Source: Alistipes sp. | Lineage (GTDB): Bacteria > Bacteroidota > Bacteroidia > Bacteroidales > Rikenellaceae | Assembly (NCBI GenBank): GCA_017481925.1 | Contig: JAFUOK010000051.1 | Coordinates: 15,311 to 79,310, forward strand | Length of the DNA stretch: 64,000 bases | Direction: 5' to 3' | In this document: piece after piece, positions 9,989 to 20,386 of the stretch | Position numbering within the stretch: position 1 is the first letter of the stretch | Layout of the letters: every line of letters starts with the position of its first letter | Program-made: the position numbers and the translations under genes | Notes under the pieces: generated by a model | Seen by the model: the letters and a program-made list of their open reading frames with translations, nothing else | What the model was told of the DNA's origin: nothing | Databases searched by the model: none

Positions 9989-12484
9989 CTAGTTTGTATG
10001 AAATCTTACAACCGTAATACCCGCTCCGCCACGATCAGCGTGCTCGTCCGTAGCCGAAGCAACCTCCGAGATCGAACGCAAGTAACGGCGTATCTCCTCC
10101 TTCAGTGCTCCCGTACCCTTTCCGTGTAGGATGGTCACACCGCCTACGCCAACCATCAGCGCATCATCGATCAAGTCCTGCACAACCTCCAGAGCCTCCA
10201 CGGCACGCATACCGCGCACATCGACGCTATCGCGGAAATTAAGTTTACGGCTCGATATATCTACCGACAACACCGTGCGGGGAGTGACGGGTTTCACTGC
10301 CTTCTTATACTCGGCATTGGACACAACGACCAACTTATCGCAATCGACCTTGGTCATGATCTGTCCGAATGCTACCTGCGCCTTGCGGCCCTTGATACTC
10401 TGAACCACACCAGGCATCTCCTGACCTGCTATGCGCACCTTAGCCCCGACCTCAATAGGTTTTGGTGCAGGTGCTACCTCCTGTGGTTTCTCCGCAGGAG
10501 CCTGACCACGACGTTTCTTATCCTCCTCGCGGCGTGCCTTGCGACGCATCAGTCGCTCCATCTCGCGCTCCACCTTCTCGCCATCGAACGATGAGCCTAC
10601 GCTCTCGACAGCCTCCTTGAACTCCTCCAGCTCGCGGCGCGCCAAACGCGTAAGTTCCTTCTCGGCCTGTGCCTCCTTGATGGTGCGGATAGTATTCTCA
10701 ATCTGGCGGTTGGCATCGGCGATAAGTCGCTGTGCCTCGGCCTTCGCTTCGTGCAGGATCTGCTTGCGCTCCTCGCGAATACGTGCCAATTGCTCGGTAT
10801 AACTCGACTCCAGCTCCTCCACCTTACGGTCCGTGAGGCGTATGCGATCACGCTTCTGCGACCAATAGCGACGATCGCGTGCAATCTCTCGCAACTGACG
10901 CTCAAGGTTGATGTGGTCGCTACCCGCCTTATCGCTTGCCGAGCGGATAATATCCTCTGGAAGGCCTATCTTGCGGGCAATCTCCACAGCAAACGAACTG
11001 CCGGGCTTACCCTGCTCCAACTTAAACAGCGGGCGTATATTCTGCACATCGAACATCATAGCGCCATTGGCTATGCCGTCCGTGCCCGTAGCATAATATT
11101 TGATGTTCGAGTAGTGGGTGGTAATGACTCCATAGCAACCCTTCTCCAACAATCTCTCGAGTATAGCCTCGGCAATAGCACCGCCGATGACGGGTTCCGT
11201 ACCTGAGCCAAACTCGTCGATAAGCACCAGCGTGCGAGGCGAAGCCTGCTGCAACGTGGCCTTCATATTGAGCAGGTGTGACGAGTAGGTCGAGAGGTCG
11301 TTATCCATCGACTGCTCATCGCCAATATCGAGGCACAAGCTCTCAAAGACGGGCAGCTCACTCATCTGTCCCGCCGTGACGGGAAATCCGCACTGGAACA
11401 TATACTGCACCATGCCCGTAGTCTTCAAGCAGACTGACTTTCCACCTGCATTGGGGCCCGAAATAACCAATATATGTTTCTCGCGGTCGAGTTGCATATC
11501 CAACTTAACCAACTCCTTGTTTTCACGCTTCAGGGTCTGCGCCAGCAGCGGATGAAAGGCCTCATGCAAGACCAATCTATCATCCAGCGACACCACAGGC
11601 TTGCCCGCTCCGTTCTCGATAGCCCAACGCGCCTTGGCTCGCACGGCATCCATATCGGCCAGATACACTCCTGCCTGGGCTATAGGCTCGGCATCGGGAC
11701 GCAACTCCTCGGTAAACTCGGTCAGCAGGCGCACAATCTCACGGCGCTCGGCATACTCCAACTCGCGCAGTTGATTATTGAGCTCAACAATCTCTACGGG
11801 CTCGATATAAAATGTCTTACCCGTAGCCGACTCATCGTGAATAAAGCCGTTCAGCTTGCGTTTATTACCCGCCGAAACGGGGATAACGGCCCTGCCGTCA
11901 CGAATCGACACCATAGCATCGGCATCGACAATGCCGGCACGCTTGGCGTTATTGAGCACCTGATTAAGTCGTTTTGTAACCTGTCCCTCATGCTCGCGTA
12001 TGGCACGACGTATCTGCACCAATTCGGGCGAGGCGCCATCGCGAATCTCGCCATCGTCATCCACCAGCTGATTGATGCGACGCACCACATCGGGGAAGAT
12101 GCAGACACTCTCGCTACGCTTTCTTAGGCGAGGGTACTGGCTCTCCGAGCGGCTCATCACAAAGCCCACCATATTACCCACAGCCGTAAGCGCACGACGC
12201 AGAACGACGACCTCCTCCGTAGTAAGGAATGTGCCCTCGACGCCTATCTTCGCCACGATGGCCTCCACGTCGGGAAACTCATCGCGCGGAGCATCGGGGT
12301 CAAGCATCAGCAGCACACGCATCTCGTCGGCAATCTCCTGCCGACGCTCAATCTCGGAGCGAGAGGTGGAGAAGCGCTCGGCGAGAATAATCTCGCGCGC
12401 AACCTGCATCGAACAGAGCGCCGCCACCTGCTCACGCACGCGGTCGAAGCCTATCTTTTGTTCAAAATTTACGGGATATATCAT
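9989..12484 (-). CDS. mutS2: Endonuclease MutS2
   Basis: MIYP..FEQKIGF start, ISGPNAGGKS Walker A, LIDEFGSGT, C-terminal Smr domain (ILHGKGTG). Confidence 0.95.
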   Translation of the reverse strand: MIYPVNFEQKIGFDRVREQVAALCSMQVAREIILAERFSTSRSEIERRQEIADEMRVLLMLDPDAPRDEFPDVEAIVAKIGVEGTFLTTEEVVVLRRALTAVGNMVGFVMSRSESQYPRLRKRSESVCIFPDVVRRINQLVDDDGEIRDGASPELVQIRRAIREHEGQVTKRLNQVLNNAKRAGIVDADAMVSIRDGRAVIPVSAGNKRKLNGFIHDESATGKTFYIEPVEIVELNNQLRELEYAERREIVRLLTEFTEELRPDAEPIAQAGVYLADMDAVRAKARWAIENGAGKPVVSLDDRLVLHEAFHPLLAQTLKRENKELVKLDMQLDREKHILVISGPNAGGKSVCLKTTGMVQYMFQCGFPVTAGQMSELPVFESLCLDIGDEQSMDNDLSTYSSHLLNMKATLQQASPRTLVLIDEFGSGTEPVIGGAIAEAILERLLEKGCYGVITTHYSNIKYYATGTDGIANGAMMFDVQNIRPLFKLEQGKPGSSFAVEIARKIGLPEDIIRSASDKAGSDHINLERQLREIARDRRYWSQKRDRIRLTDRKVEELESSYTEQLARIREERKQILHEAKAEAQRLIADANRQIENTIRTIKEAQAEKELTRLARRELEEFKEAVESVGSSFDGEKVEREMERLMRRKARREEDKKRRGQAPAEKPQEVAPAPKPIEVGAKVRIAGQEMPGVVQSIKGRKAQVAFGQIMTKVDCDKLVVVSNAEYKKAVKPVTPRTVLSVDISSRKLNFRDSVDVRGMRAVEALEVVQDLIDDALMVGVGGVTILHGKGTGALKEEIRRYLRSISEVASATDEHADRGGAGITVVRFHTN

Positions 12485-12495
12485 CATCAGCATCC

Positions 12496-13530
12496 CTACT
12501 GGTCTTTGCGCAACGACTTCATCTGCTGTTCATACTCCTTCTCGGCCAACTCGTCAGCACGCTTGATAGCTCGCTTCTCGGCCTTGGCCTTGGCTTTCTC
12601 AACCTTCTTTGTGGGGTTAGAGCCAAACACAGAGATATTGATATAACGATGGGGGTTAGCCTGCAAATCCTCCAGCAATGCCGAAAGGTTATTGCTTGCC
12701 GAGGTGAGGTTATCGTACAACTCACCATCGTTGAGCAACTTACCAACGCTACCATCCTTCTGCTCCACAGATGCAAGGATCTCATTAAGATGACCAACGG
12801 CGCTCTCCAGCTCGGCAGCCAGATTAGCCTTTGCCAGATCCGAAGAGAAGCTGTTGAGGTTATCAATAATTCCACCCACCTCGTCGGCATTATCGCCCAG
12901 GCTCTGCGAGAATTTGCTCAACGACGACAGCGCCTGCTCCAGATGCTCACGCTCGTTGGCAAGCAGAGCGTTGACATTGCCCGTAACGCCATCGACATTC
13001 TGCACAATATTGGTAAGTGAAGAGGTATTTTCACTCAAAAGGGTATTCACGCCATTGAGAGTCTCGGTAAGACCTCCGACAACCTCGGCAATCTTTTCAT
13101 TCAGGAAGTCCAACTCCGACGAAGCGACCTCAAACAGATCGGTGCTCACGGCCGACTCGATAGTGCCATGCTTGGGCACATACTCCGCTGCTGAACCATA
13201 GACAATCTCGATAGCCTTGCCACCCATCAATCCGTCGGTGAAGATGCGAGCCTTCGAATCGGTGGGAATCTGATATCGCTTATTGACCGTAAACTCCACC
13301 TCAACACCATTCGCAGGGTCCTCATTCAGTGTAACACTCGACACAGCGCCCACCGCCACACCAGAGATCATAACGTGCGATGCGGGCTGCAAACCACCCA
13401 CCTGGGTGTAGTAGGCATAATACGTATTGCTACTGCTAAATACCTCTGCGCCCTTCAAGAATCGGACAACGCCCCAGCCGACAAACAATACGGCCACGGC
13501 AAACAAACCAACTTTTACTTCTCGTTTCAT
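12496..13530 (-). CDS. MCE/MlaD family protein
   Basis: N-terminal TM helix, MCE domain (GGLQPAS..V.ISGVAVG, GLMGGKAI), helical tail. Confidence 0.9.
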   Translation of the reverse strand: MKREVKVGLFAVAVLFVGWGVVRFLKGAEVFSSSNTYYAYYTQVGGLQPASHVMISGVAVGAVSSVTLNEDPANGVEVEFTVNKRYQIPTDSKARIFTDGLMGGKAIEIVYGSAAEYVPKHGTIESAVSTDLFEVASSELDFLNEKIAEVVGGLTETLNGVNTLLSENTSSLTNIVQNVDGVTGNVNALLANEREHLEQALSSLSKFSQSLGDNADEVGGIIDNLNSFSSDLAKANLAAELESAVGHLNEILASVEQKDGSVGKLLNDGELYDNLTSASNNLSALLEDLQANPHRYINISVFGSNPTKKVEKAKAKAEKRAIKRADELAEKEYEQQMKSLRKDQ

Positions 13531-13549
13531 ATTGTTTCTCTTTTTATCT

Positions 13550-14725
13550 CTACTTTACGATATTGCCACCCTCGTAGCGCACCACAAAAGCATCCTTGAA
13601 CGAACGCTTCACCTCCGCCAGGTCGCGCTGTGCCGCCTGACGCGTAGGATAACTACCGTAGCAATATTTATATTTCAGCACGCCACCGCCCACGTAGCAC
13701 TCCACCTTCGAGCGGTAACTCTTGAACTGACTATCCTTACTGCTAATCTTCTTGTCCGAAGCCAGCAACTGAATCGTATAGCCGCTCTGCACCTTGTCCT
13801 CACTCTTCGGCTCAACCTTCTTCTCCACGGCGGGCTGCGGCTTTGCTATCTCCTGAGCTTTCGAGTCCTGTGCTTTTGGCTCTTCCGCAGGAGTCTGCGG
13901 TGCAGGCTCTGCGGCGACAACGGGAGTACTAACACCTGCCAGACGGTCGATATGACCCACATACTCCTTCACGGCATCGCACAACATACGGGCATAGGCA
14001 TTCTGCCCCTTCTCGGAGTTCATATACGCCAACTCGCTCTTGTTCGACATAAAGCCCAACTCGGTCAGTACGCTGGGCATATCGGTTGCATAGAGCACCT
14101 TAAGCAGTTGTCGCTTGACGGTACGCACCTTGCGACCACCCTTCTGATAGTGCGACTGCATTATTCGCGCCATCATCTCACTATACTCGCCGTATGTAAA
14201 CTGCAGATTCTGAATATATGCTCGCACCATAGCGGCTGTATTCTCATCCGACATATCGATCAGTTCGTCCTTGTTGTTGTCGTATAGCACCTCCTCGTTA
14301 TACTTGGTCTCCTTGGCACTCTCACCCATTATGATGGTCTCGGCACCCTGTACCGAGGTAGCCTTGGGTGCTGCATTGGCGTGAATCGAGATGAAGAAAT
14401 CACCACCAGCTTCATTGGCTATATTGGCGCGAGCCGTGAGATCCTCATTCAGCGACTTACCCAACGCCTTATCGCTCTTGCGGGTATAGACCACCTTTAC
14501 GGTCGGCAGTTCCTTCTCGATCAGCGCTCCGAGCTTCAATGCAACGGCAAGGTTTATATCTTTCTCCTTCACGCCGCCATAGACCGCACCGGGGAAAGCG
14601 CTACCTCCGTGGCCCGCGTCAATGACAATAACCCGCACACCTGCTTCATTATTTTGAGCAAGTACGGGCCATGCAAAGAGCGCCGCGGCAAGAAGCATAA
14701 GCATACAAACGACTTTCCGTTTCAT
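13550..14725 (-). CDS. N-acetylmuramoyl-L-alanine amidase (Amidase_3) with C-terminal SPOR-like domain
   Basis: Signal peptide; IDAGHGG, EKDINL, ISIHANA, LTELGF zinc motifs. Confidence 0.92.
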   Translation of the reverse strand: MKRKVVCMLMLLAAALFAWPVLAQNNEAGVRVIVIDAGHGGSAFPGAVYGGVKEKDINLAVALKLGALIEKELPTVKVVYTRKSDKALGKSLNEDLTARANIANEAGGDFFISIHANAAPKATSVQGAETIIMGESAKETKYNEEVLYDNNKDELIDMSDENTAAMVRAYIQNLQFTYGEYSEMMARIMQSHYQKGGRKVRTVKRQLLKVLYATDMPSVLTELGFMSNKSELAYMNSEKGQNAYARMLCDAVKEYVGHIDRLAGVSTPVVAAEPAPQTPAEEPKAQDSKAQEIAKPQPAVEKKVEPKSEDKVQSGYTIQLLASDKKISSKDSQFKSYRSKVECYVGGGVLKYKYCYGSYPTRQAAQRDLAEVKRSFKDAFVVRYEGGNIVK

Positions 14726-14767
14726 AAAAAACTGCCTTATAATTAGCGATATTAGATAAAAAAACGC

Positions 14768-14775
14768 TATATTTG
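14768..14775 (+). promoter_or_regulatory. Bacteroidota sigma-A -7 element for lptD
   Basis: TATATTTG matches TAnnTTTG. Confidence 0.45.
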
Positions 14776-14841
14776 TCGGTTAAAACACTGCTCCGAAACA
14801 GGGCCGAGAGCCCCATCCGGGCGGTTTTGCCGACTCGTCGG

Positions 14842-14849
14842 CAAAGGTA
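14842..14849 (-). promoter_or_regulatory. Bacteroidota sigma-A -7 element for the amidase-mce-mutS2 operon
   Basis: TACCTTTG on the minus strand. Confidence 0.5.
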
Positions 14850-14867
14850 CAAAAAATTATTGAGATT

Positions 14868-17570
14868 TTGGGTAAATTAAACGTTAAATATCTCCTTTCT
14901 GTGGCCGTTGTGCTGCTATTGGTGCAATTCACTTTCGGATTTGTGCCGATGCAACACGCCGCGACCCTTCGCAGGGCCATCTCGTCACGCCAGGATACCA
15001 TACGTTCGCGGGACTCGCTACGCATCGCTGCAGCCGAGAGCGACACCCTCGCCGAGCCTCGCGATACCGCCTCACGCCGCAAGGCTGTATCGGGTCTTGA
15101 CAAGATGATTACGGGCCACGCCACCGACTCGTTGTTCTACGATTTACGCAACAACAAGGTCTATATCTACGAGAAGGGCGACGTGACTTACGACAATATG
15201 AATCTGCAGGCCGATTATATGAACATCGACCTCGACCAGAAGAGCATCTACGCCTACGGCAAGACCGACTCGGTAGATGGCGAGGTCGTCATTACACGAC
15301 CGCTGTTCACGCAGGGCGAGACATCGCTCAATATGGATACGATCACCTACAACATCGAGACCGAGCGCGCCAAGATCAAGGGTATCGCCACACAGCAGGG
15401 CGACGGCTGGCTCATTGGCCACGACGTGAAGCGCATGGAGGATAATACGATCCACATCGCAGATGGTATGTACACCACCTGCGACGAGACCGACCATCCC
15501 CACTTCTACTACTATATGTCCAAAGCAAAGGTTATCCCCGGCGACAAGGGCAAGGTCATTATGGGTGGCGGTCACCTCGTCATCGAGGATGTGGATATCC
15601 CCTTCCTGGGTCTGCCCGAGGGTTTCTTCCCCTTGAGCAGCGGACCTAAGTCGGGTATTCTGATGCCGTCATACGGCGAGGAGGCACGACGCGGATTCTA
15701 TATGCGTGGTTTGGGCTACTACTTCACACTAAGCGATTATATGGACCTTGCGCTTACGGGAGGTTTCTATACACTCGGTTCGTGGGAGGTGCAGGCTACA
15801 TCTCGCTATATCAAGCGATACAAATACACAGGTAACTTCACACTCGACTACTCAAGCATCCGCTCAGGCGACAAGGGCGATCCCGACTTCGTCAAGCAGA
15901 ATAACTTCCGACTGCAGTGGACTCACTCGCAGGATGCCAAGGCCAACCCCGGTTCGACCTTCTCGGCATCGGTGAATCTTACCTCAAGCGGATATAGCCG
16001 TTATTCGGCCACCTCGCTCAACGACATGCTTGCTACGCAGACCAACTCGTCGATCGCCTACTCGAAGAATTGGGCAGGCACACCCTTCTCGCTGTCGATG
16101 AATATGGCCGTGTCGCAAAACTCGCAGACCAAGGCAATCTCCGTAACACTACCCAACGTATCGTTCAACGTATCGAAGTTCTTCCCCTTAAAGCGCAAGA
16201 ACCGCATAGGCAAGGAGCGCTGGTATGAGAAGATCTCTATGAGTTATGCTGCCAAACTGACGAACTCGATACAGGCGAAGGAGGGCGACATCTTCTCTCG
16301 CGAGACGCTGGACAATATGCGCCACGGCGTGCAGCACACCATACCCATTCAGGCGTCGTTCAACGTGCTGAACCACCTTACCATCACGCCGAATATCAAC
16401 TATTCGGAGCGTTGGTACTTCAAGAAGGTGGACAAGGAGTGGAATCCCGTGACCAATCAGGTGGAAAATCTCGATCCCGAGTATGGCTTCTATCGTTTGT
16501 ATAACTATAACGCCGGCGTCTCAGCCTCAACGGTAATCTACGGACAGTGGCAGGTCAAGGAGAAGTATAAGGACTTCAAGTTGCAGGCCTTGCGCCACAC
16601 CATCACGCCATCTGTTTCGTTCTCATACGCCCCCGATTTCAGCGATCAGAAGTATGGCTATTACGAGACCGTGCAGAGCGACTCTACGGGACGTGTGACA
16701 GTATATTCACCGTTCACGAACAATGCATTCGGCGTACCCACATCGGGACGTAGCGCAGCGATGACCTTCAACATCTCGCAGAGCCTCGAGGCAAAGGTGT
16801 TGAGCAAGCGCGACTCAACGGGTGTGAAGAAGATTAAGATTATCGACGACCTGAGCATCGGCGGATCGTATAATTTCCTGGCCGACTCGATGAAGTTGTC
16901 GAACATCTCGTTGTCATTGCGCTCGACAATCTCAAAGAAGTTCGGTATCAACCTGCGTGCCGTGCTCGACCCCTATGAGGTGACTCCCGAGGGACGTCGC
17001 TACAATAAGCTCACCTGGAGCCGAGGCAACCTGGGCCGCATCGTCAGCACAGGATGGAGTTTCGGTTATACGTTCCAGTCGCGCGACTCGTCGCAACCCG
17101 CGATAAACGACATCAATAGTATTCCGCCCGAGTACACCAACCCATTCTATGACCCCTACGGCACGATGGATCCTGTGCTCCGACGACAATACATGGCGCA
17201 GGCATACTACGACTTCTCGCTGCCGTGGAACTTTGGTTTTAACTACAACATCAACTATAATCTGGCATACGTCAACAACGGCACGACGGGTTATAAACGC
17301 AACGTCACGCAGACAATCGGCTTCAACGGAAGTATAACCTTCTCGCCAAAAATGTCGGCGACTATATCGGGTGGATTTGATATTTCGAAGGGTAAGCTGA
17401 CCACCTCGTCGATCAACATCACGCGCGACCTGCACTGTTGGCAGATGTCCTTCTCGTGGATTCCGTTCGGACACTACAAGAGCTGGAGTTTCCACATCGG
17501 TGTGAAGGCCGCATCGCTGCAGGATCTGAAGTACGACAAGAGCCAGTCAATGTACGACAACTACTATTAA
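14868..17570 (+). CDS. lptD: Putative LPS assembly protein LptD
   Basis: Jellyroll region with YTTCD, SGILMPSYGE motif, large beta-barrel ending RDLHCW; TTG start. Confidence 0.88.
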   Translation: MGKLNVKYLLSVAVVLLLVQFTFGFVPMQHAATLRRAISSRQDTIRSRDSLRIAAAESDTLAEPRDTASRRKAVSGLDKMITGHATDSLFYDLRNNKVYIYEKGDVTYDNMNLQADYMNIDLDQKSIYAYGKTDSVDGEVVITRPLFTQGETSLNMDTITYNIETERAKIKGIATQQGDGWLIGHDVKRMEDNTIHIADGMYTTCDETDHPHFYYYMSKAKVIPGDKGKVIMGGGHLVIEDVDIPFLGLPEGFFPLSSGPKSGILMPSYGEEARRGFYMRGLGYYFTLSDYMDLALTGGFYTLGSWEVQATSRYIKRYKYTGNFTLDYSSIRSGDKGDPDFVKQNNFRLQWTHSQDAKANPGSTFSASVNLTSSGYSRYSATSLNDMLATQTNSSIAYSKNWAGTPFSLSMNMAVSQNSQTKAISVTLPNVSFNVSKFFPLKRKNRIGKERWYEKISMSYAAKLTNSIQAKEGDIFSRETLDNMRHGVQHTIPIQASFNVLNHLTITPNINYSERWYFKKVDKEWNPVTNQVENLDPEYGFYRLYNYNAGVSASTVIYGQWQVKEKYKDFKLQALRHTITPSVSFSYAPDFSDQKYGYYETVQSDSTGRVTVYSPFTNNAFGVPTSGRSAAMTFNISQSLEAKVLSKRDSTGVKKIKIIDDLSIGGSYNFLADSMKLSNISLSLRSTISKKFGINLRAVLDPYEVTPEGRRYNKLTWSRGNLGRIVSTGWSFGYTFQSRDSSQPAINDINSIPPEYTNPFYDPYGTMDPVLRRQYMAQAYYDFSLPWNFGFNYNINYNLAYVNNGTTGYKRNVTQTIGFNGSITFSPKMSATISGGFDISKGKLTTSSINITRDLHCWQMSFSWIPFGHYKSWSFHIGVKAASLQDLKYDKSQSMYDNYY

Positions 17571-17580
17571 ACATAGCCTT

Positions 17581-18471
17581 ATGAAACGCCTATTACCATT
17601 GATCATCAGCCTGATGACTTTATGTCTGATGGCTACGCCCGCCACGGCTCGCAAATATGGCGAGACACTACGCATTTTGGCCATCGGCAACTCCTTCTCG
17701 GACGATGGCATGGAACACCTGCCCGCTCTGCTGGAGGATATGGGCATAGAGAATGTTGAGGTGGCACGCCTCTATATCGGTGGCTGCTCGCTGGAGCGTC
17801 ACGTCAAGTGCTACAACACGCAAGAGGCAGCCTATGAGTTCTATCACTCGAAGGCTGGCGAGAATCATTGGGTGAAAAGCGCAGAGATGGTTCCGATGCA
17901 GCATGCTCTGGAGATGGGCGAATGGGATATCATCACCCTGCAGCAGGTGTCGGGGCTATCGGGGAAGTATGAGAGTTATGTTCCACACCTTGATCGTCTG
18001 ATTGCAATCGTGAGCAAGGCCCAACCACAGGCAGAACTCGTGTGGCATATGACGTGGTCATATGCGAAGGAGAGCACGCACGGTGACTTCCCCAAGTACG
18101 ACCGCGACCAGCAGAAGATGTACGACGCCATCACCGACTGCGTACACCGCATGCTCAAGGAGTACGACTGCTTCGAGAAGATTATTCCCTCGGGGACAAC
18201 CATTCAGTCACTGCGGCAATCGGCAATCAACAACTCGCCGAAAGATTTTACGCGCGACGGTTATCATATGGACCTCGGCGCGGGTCGCTATGCCTTGGCT
18301 TGCACCTGGTATGAGACACTTATCAAGCCTTACACCCACCTCTCGATGATGGGCAACAGCCTGCGTCTGGACTTGGGTGATGTGAAGGTTACCGACACTA
18401 CAGCACCCTACTGCCAGAAGGCGGCAAAGAAGGCTGCGAGAAAACCCTTTAAGGTACAACGTATAAAATAG
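17581..18471 (+). CDS. Secreted SGNH-like hydrolase (DUF4886 domain)
   Basis: Signal peptide; LAIGNSFS, LYIGGCSL, TLQQ, RDGYH. Confidence 0.8.
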   Translation: MKRLLPLIISLMTLCLMATPATARKYGETLRILAIGNSFSDDGMEHLPALLEDMGIENVEVARLYIGGCSLERHVKCYNTQEAAYEFYHSKAGENHWVKSAEMVPMQHALEMGEWDIITLQQVSGLSGKYESYVPHLDRLIAIVSKAQPQAELVWHMTWSYAKESTHGDFPKYDRDQQKMYDAITDCVHRMLKEYDCFEKIIPSGTTIQSLRQSAINNSPKDFTRDGYHMDLGAGRYALACTWYETLIKPYTHLSMMGNSLRLDLGDVKVTDTTAPYCQKAAKKAARKPFKVQRIK

Positions 18472-18488
18472 ACACCTAATATATAAAA

Positions 18489-20369
18489 ATGGCAAGTTTT
18501 CTTCAGGTAGAGAATATCAGCAAATCGTACGGCGACAAGACACTCTTTCGCAACATCTCGTTCAACATCAACGAGGGCGATAAGATTGCTCTGATTGCCC
18601 CCAACGGCACAGGCAAGAGTTCGCTACTGAAGATTTTGGCAGGTCTGGACTCCTCGGATCGAGGCGGTGAGGTACGCTTTATGAAGGATATAAAGGTTGC
18701 CTTCCTCGACCAGATGATCGACTTCAATCCCCGCAATACACTCTTTGACGAGGTATATTCTCGTCTGGGCAAGACCTACGATGTGATTCGCTCATACGAG
18801 CAGGCCATCGCATCGGGCAACGCGCGAGAGATCGAACAGGCTATGGCCGCAATGGATGCCGCCGATGGGTGGAGTGCCGAGCAACGCATCAAGCAGGTAC
18901 TCTCATCAATGAAACTCACACGCCTGGATCAGCCTATGGGCGAGCTGTCGGGTGGCGAGGCAAAGCGTACCGCCATAGCGCTTATGCTGCTGCAGGAGGC
19001 CGACTTCCTTATTATGGATGAGCCGACAAACCACCTCGATATAGATGTCATCGAGTATCTGGAGGCCTACTTGCAGAAGGCTCGTTGCACGCTTCTGATG
19101 GTTACGCACGACCGCTACTTCCTGGATCGCGTATGCAACACCATATTCGAACTGGATCGTGGCGAGTTATTTTCCTATAGAGGCAACTACTCCGAATTTC
19201 TCGAAAAGCGCGAGGAGCGCTACACCAATATGCAGGCCAATATCGACAAGGCCCGCAACCTTTTGCGTCGTGAGCTGGAGTGGATACGCTCTACGCCGCA
19301 GGCTCGCACGGGCAAGGCACGCTACCGCATTAATGCCTTCTACGATCTGAAAGACAGAGCCGCCGTTTCGCTTGCACGCAAGGATATGACCATCGACGTG
19401 GCGACATCCCGTCTGGGAGGCAAAATCATCGACTGCGAGAATCTCACGTTGCGTTTTGGTGAGCGTACGATGCTCGACGGCTTTACGTATAAGTTTACAC
19501 GTGGCGAGCGTGTGGGTATTGTAGGCAAGAACGGTGCCGGCAAGAGTACATTCCTCAACCTAATGACAGGCAACCTGCAAGCCGACTCGGGAACTATCGA
19601 ACATGGGCAGACACTTCGCATAGGCTACTATCGCCAGAGTGGTATTTCGTTTAAGCCCGGACAGACAGTTTTTGATGTCGTTCACGATATTGCCGAGACC
19701 GTGGAGGCCGCCGATGGGCATAGCGTATCGGCAACGACTATGCTCAACCGTTTTCTATTCCCGCCCGAGACACTCAACAAACGAGTAGATATATTGAGTG
19801 GTGGAGAGCAACGCCGTCTGTACCTATTGACGGTGTTGATGCGCAACCCCAATCTGCTGATTCTCGATGAGCCTACGAACGACCTCGACATTCTCACGTT
19901 GAACGTCTTGGAGGAGTACCTTATGGCTTTCAAGGGTTCGCTACTGATCGTATCGCACGACCGTTACTTCCTCGACAAGACCGTCGATCACCTCTTCATC
20001 TTCCGCGAGGGAGGCCAGGTGAAAGATTTTGTCGGCCAATACAGCGAGTACCGCGAATACATCAAGGAGCAGGAGGCTGAGGAGGCTCGCACGGCAAAGA
20101 TTGCAGCCGAAAAGGCGCAAAAGAACAAACCCCAAACGGTGACGACAACACCCTCTCGCCGAAAACTATCCTACAAGGAGCAGCGCGAATTGGAGGAGTT
20201 GGAGGCTCTGCTTCCGCAACTGGAGCAGGAGAAGGCCTCATTAGAGGAGCAACTGTCGTCGGGCACGCTTTCGCACGAGGCACTCTCGGCAGCCGCTGCA
20301 CGCATAGGCGAGTTGATCGAAGCAATAGAGGAGAAGGAGATGCGCTGGCTTGAACTAAGTGAGATATAA
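18489..20369 (+). CDS. ABC-F family ATPase (Uup-like)
   Basis: Two ABC domains (APNGTGKS, GKNGAGKS, LSGGE, DEPTN), no TM domain, C-terminal coiled coil. Confidence 0.93.
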   Translation: MASFLQVENISKSYGDKTLFRNISFNINEGDKIALIAPNGTGKSSLLKILAGLDSSDRGGEVRFMKDIKVAFLDQMIDFNPRNTLFDEVYSRLGKTYDVIRSYEQAIASGNAREIEQAMAAMDAADGWSAEQRIKQVLSSMKLTRLDQPMGELSGGEAKRTAIALMLLQEADFLIMDEPTNHLDIDVIEYLEAYLQKARCTLLMVTHDRYFLDRVCNTIFELDRGELFSYRGNYSEFLEKREERYTNMQANIDKARNLLRRELEWIRSTPQARTGKARYRINAFYDLKDRAAVSLARKDMTIDVATSRLGGKIIDCENLTLRFGERTMLDGFTYKFTRGERVGIVGKNGAGKSTFLNLMTGNLQADSGTIEHGQTLRIGYYRQSGISFKPGQTVFDVVHDIAETVEAADGHSVSATTMLNRFLFPPETLNKRVDILSGGEQRRLYLLTVLMRNPNLLILDEPTNDLDILTLNVLEEYLMAFKGSLLIVSHDRYFLDKTVDHLFIFREGGQVKDFVGQYSEYREYIKEQEAEEARTAKIAAEKAQKNKPQTVTTTPSRRKLSYKEQRELEELEALLPQLEQEKASLEEQLSSGTLSHEALSAAAARIGELIEAIEEKEMRWLELSEI

Positions 20370-20386
20370 CGATATAACCACCCCGT

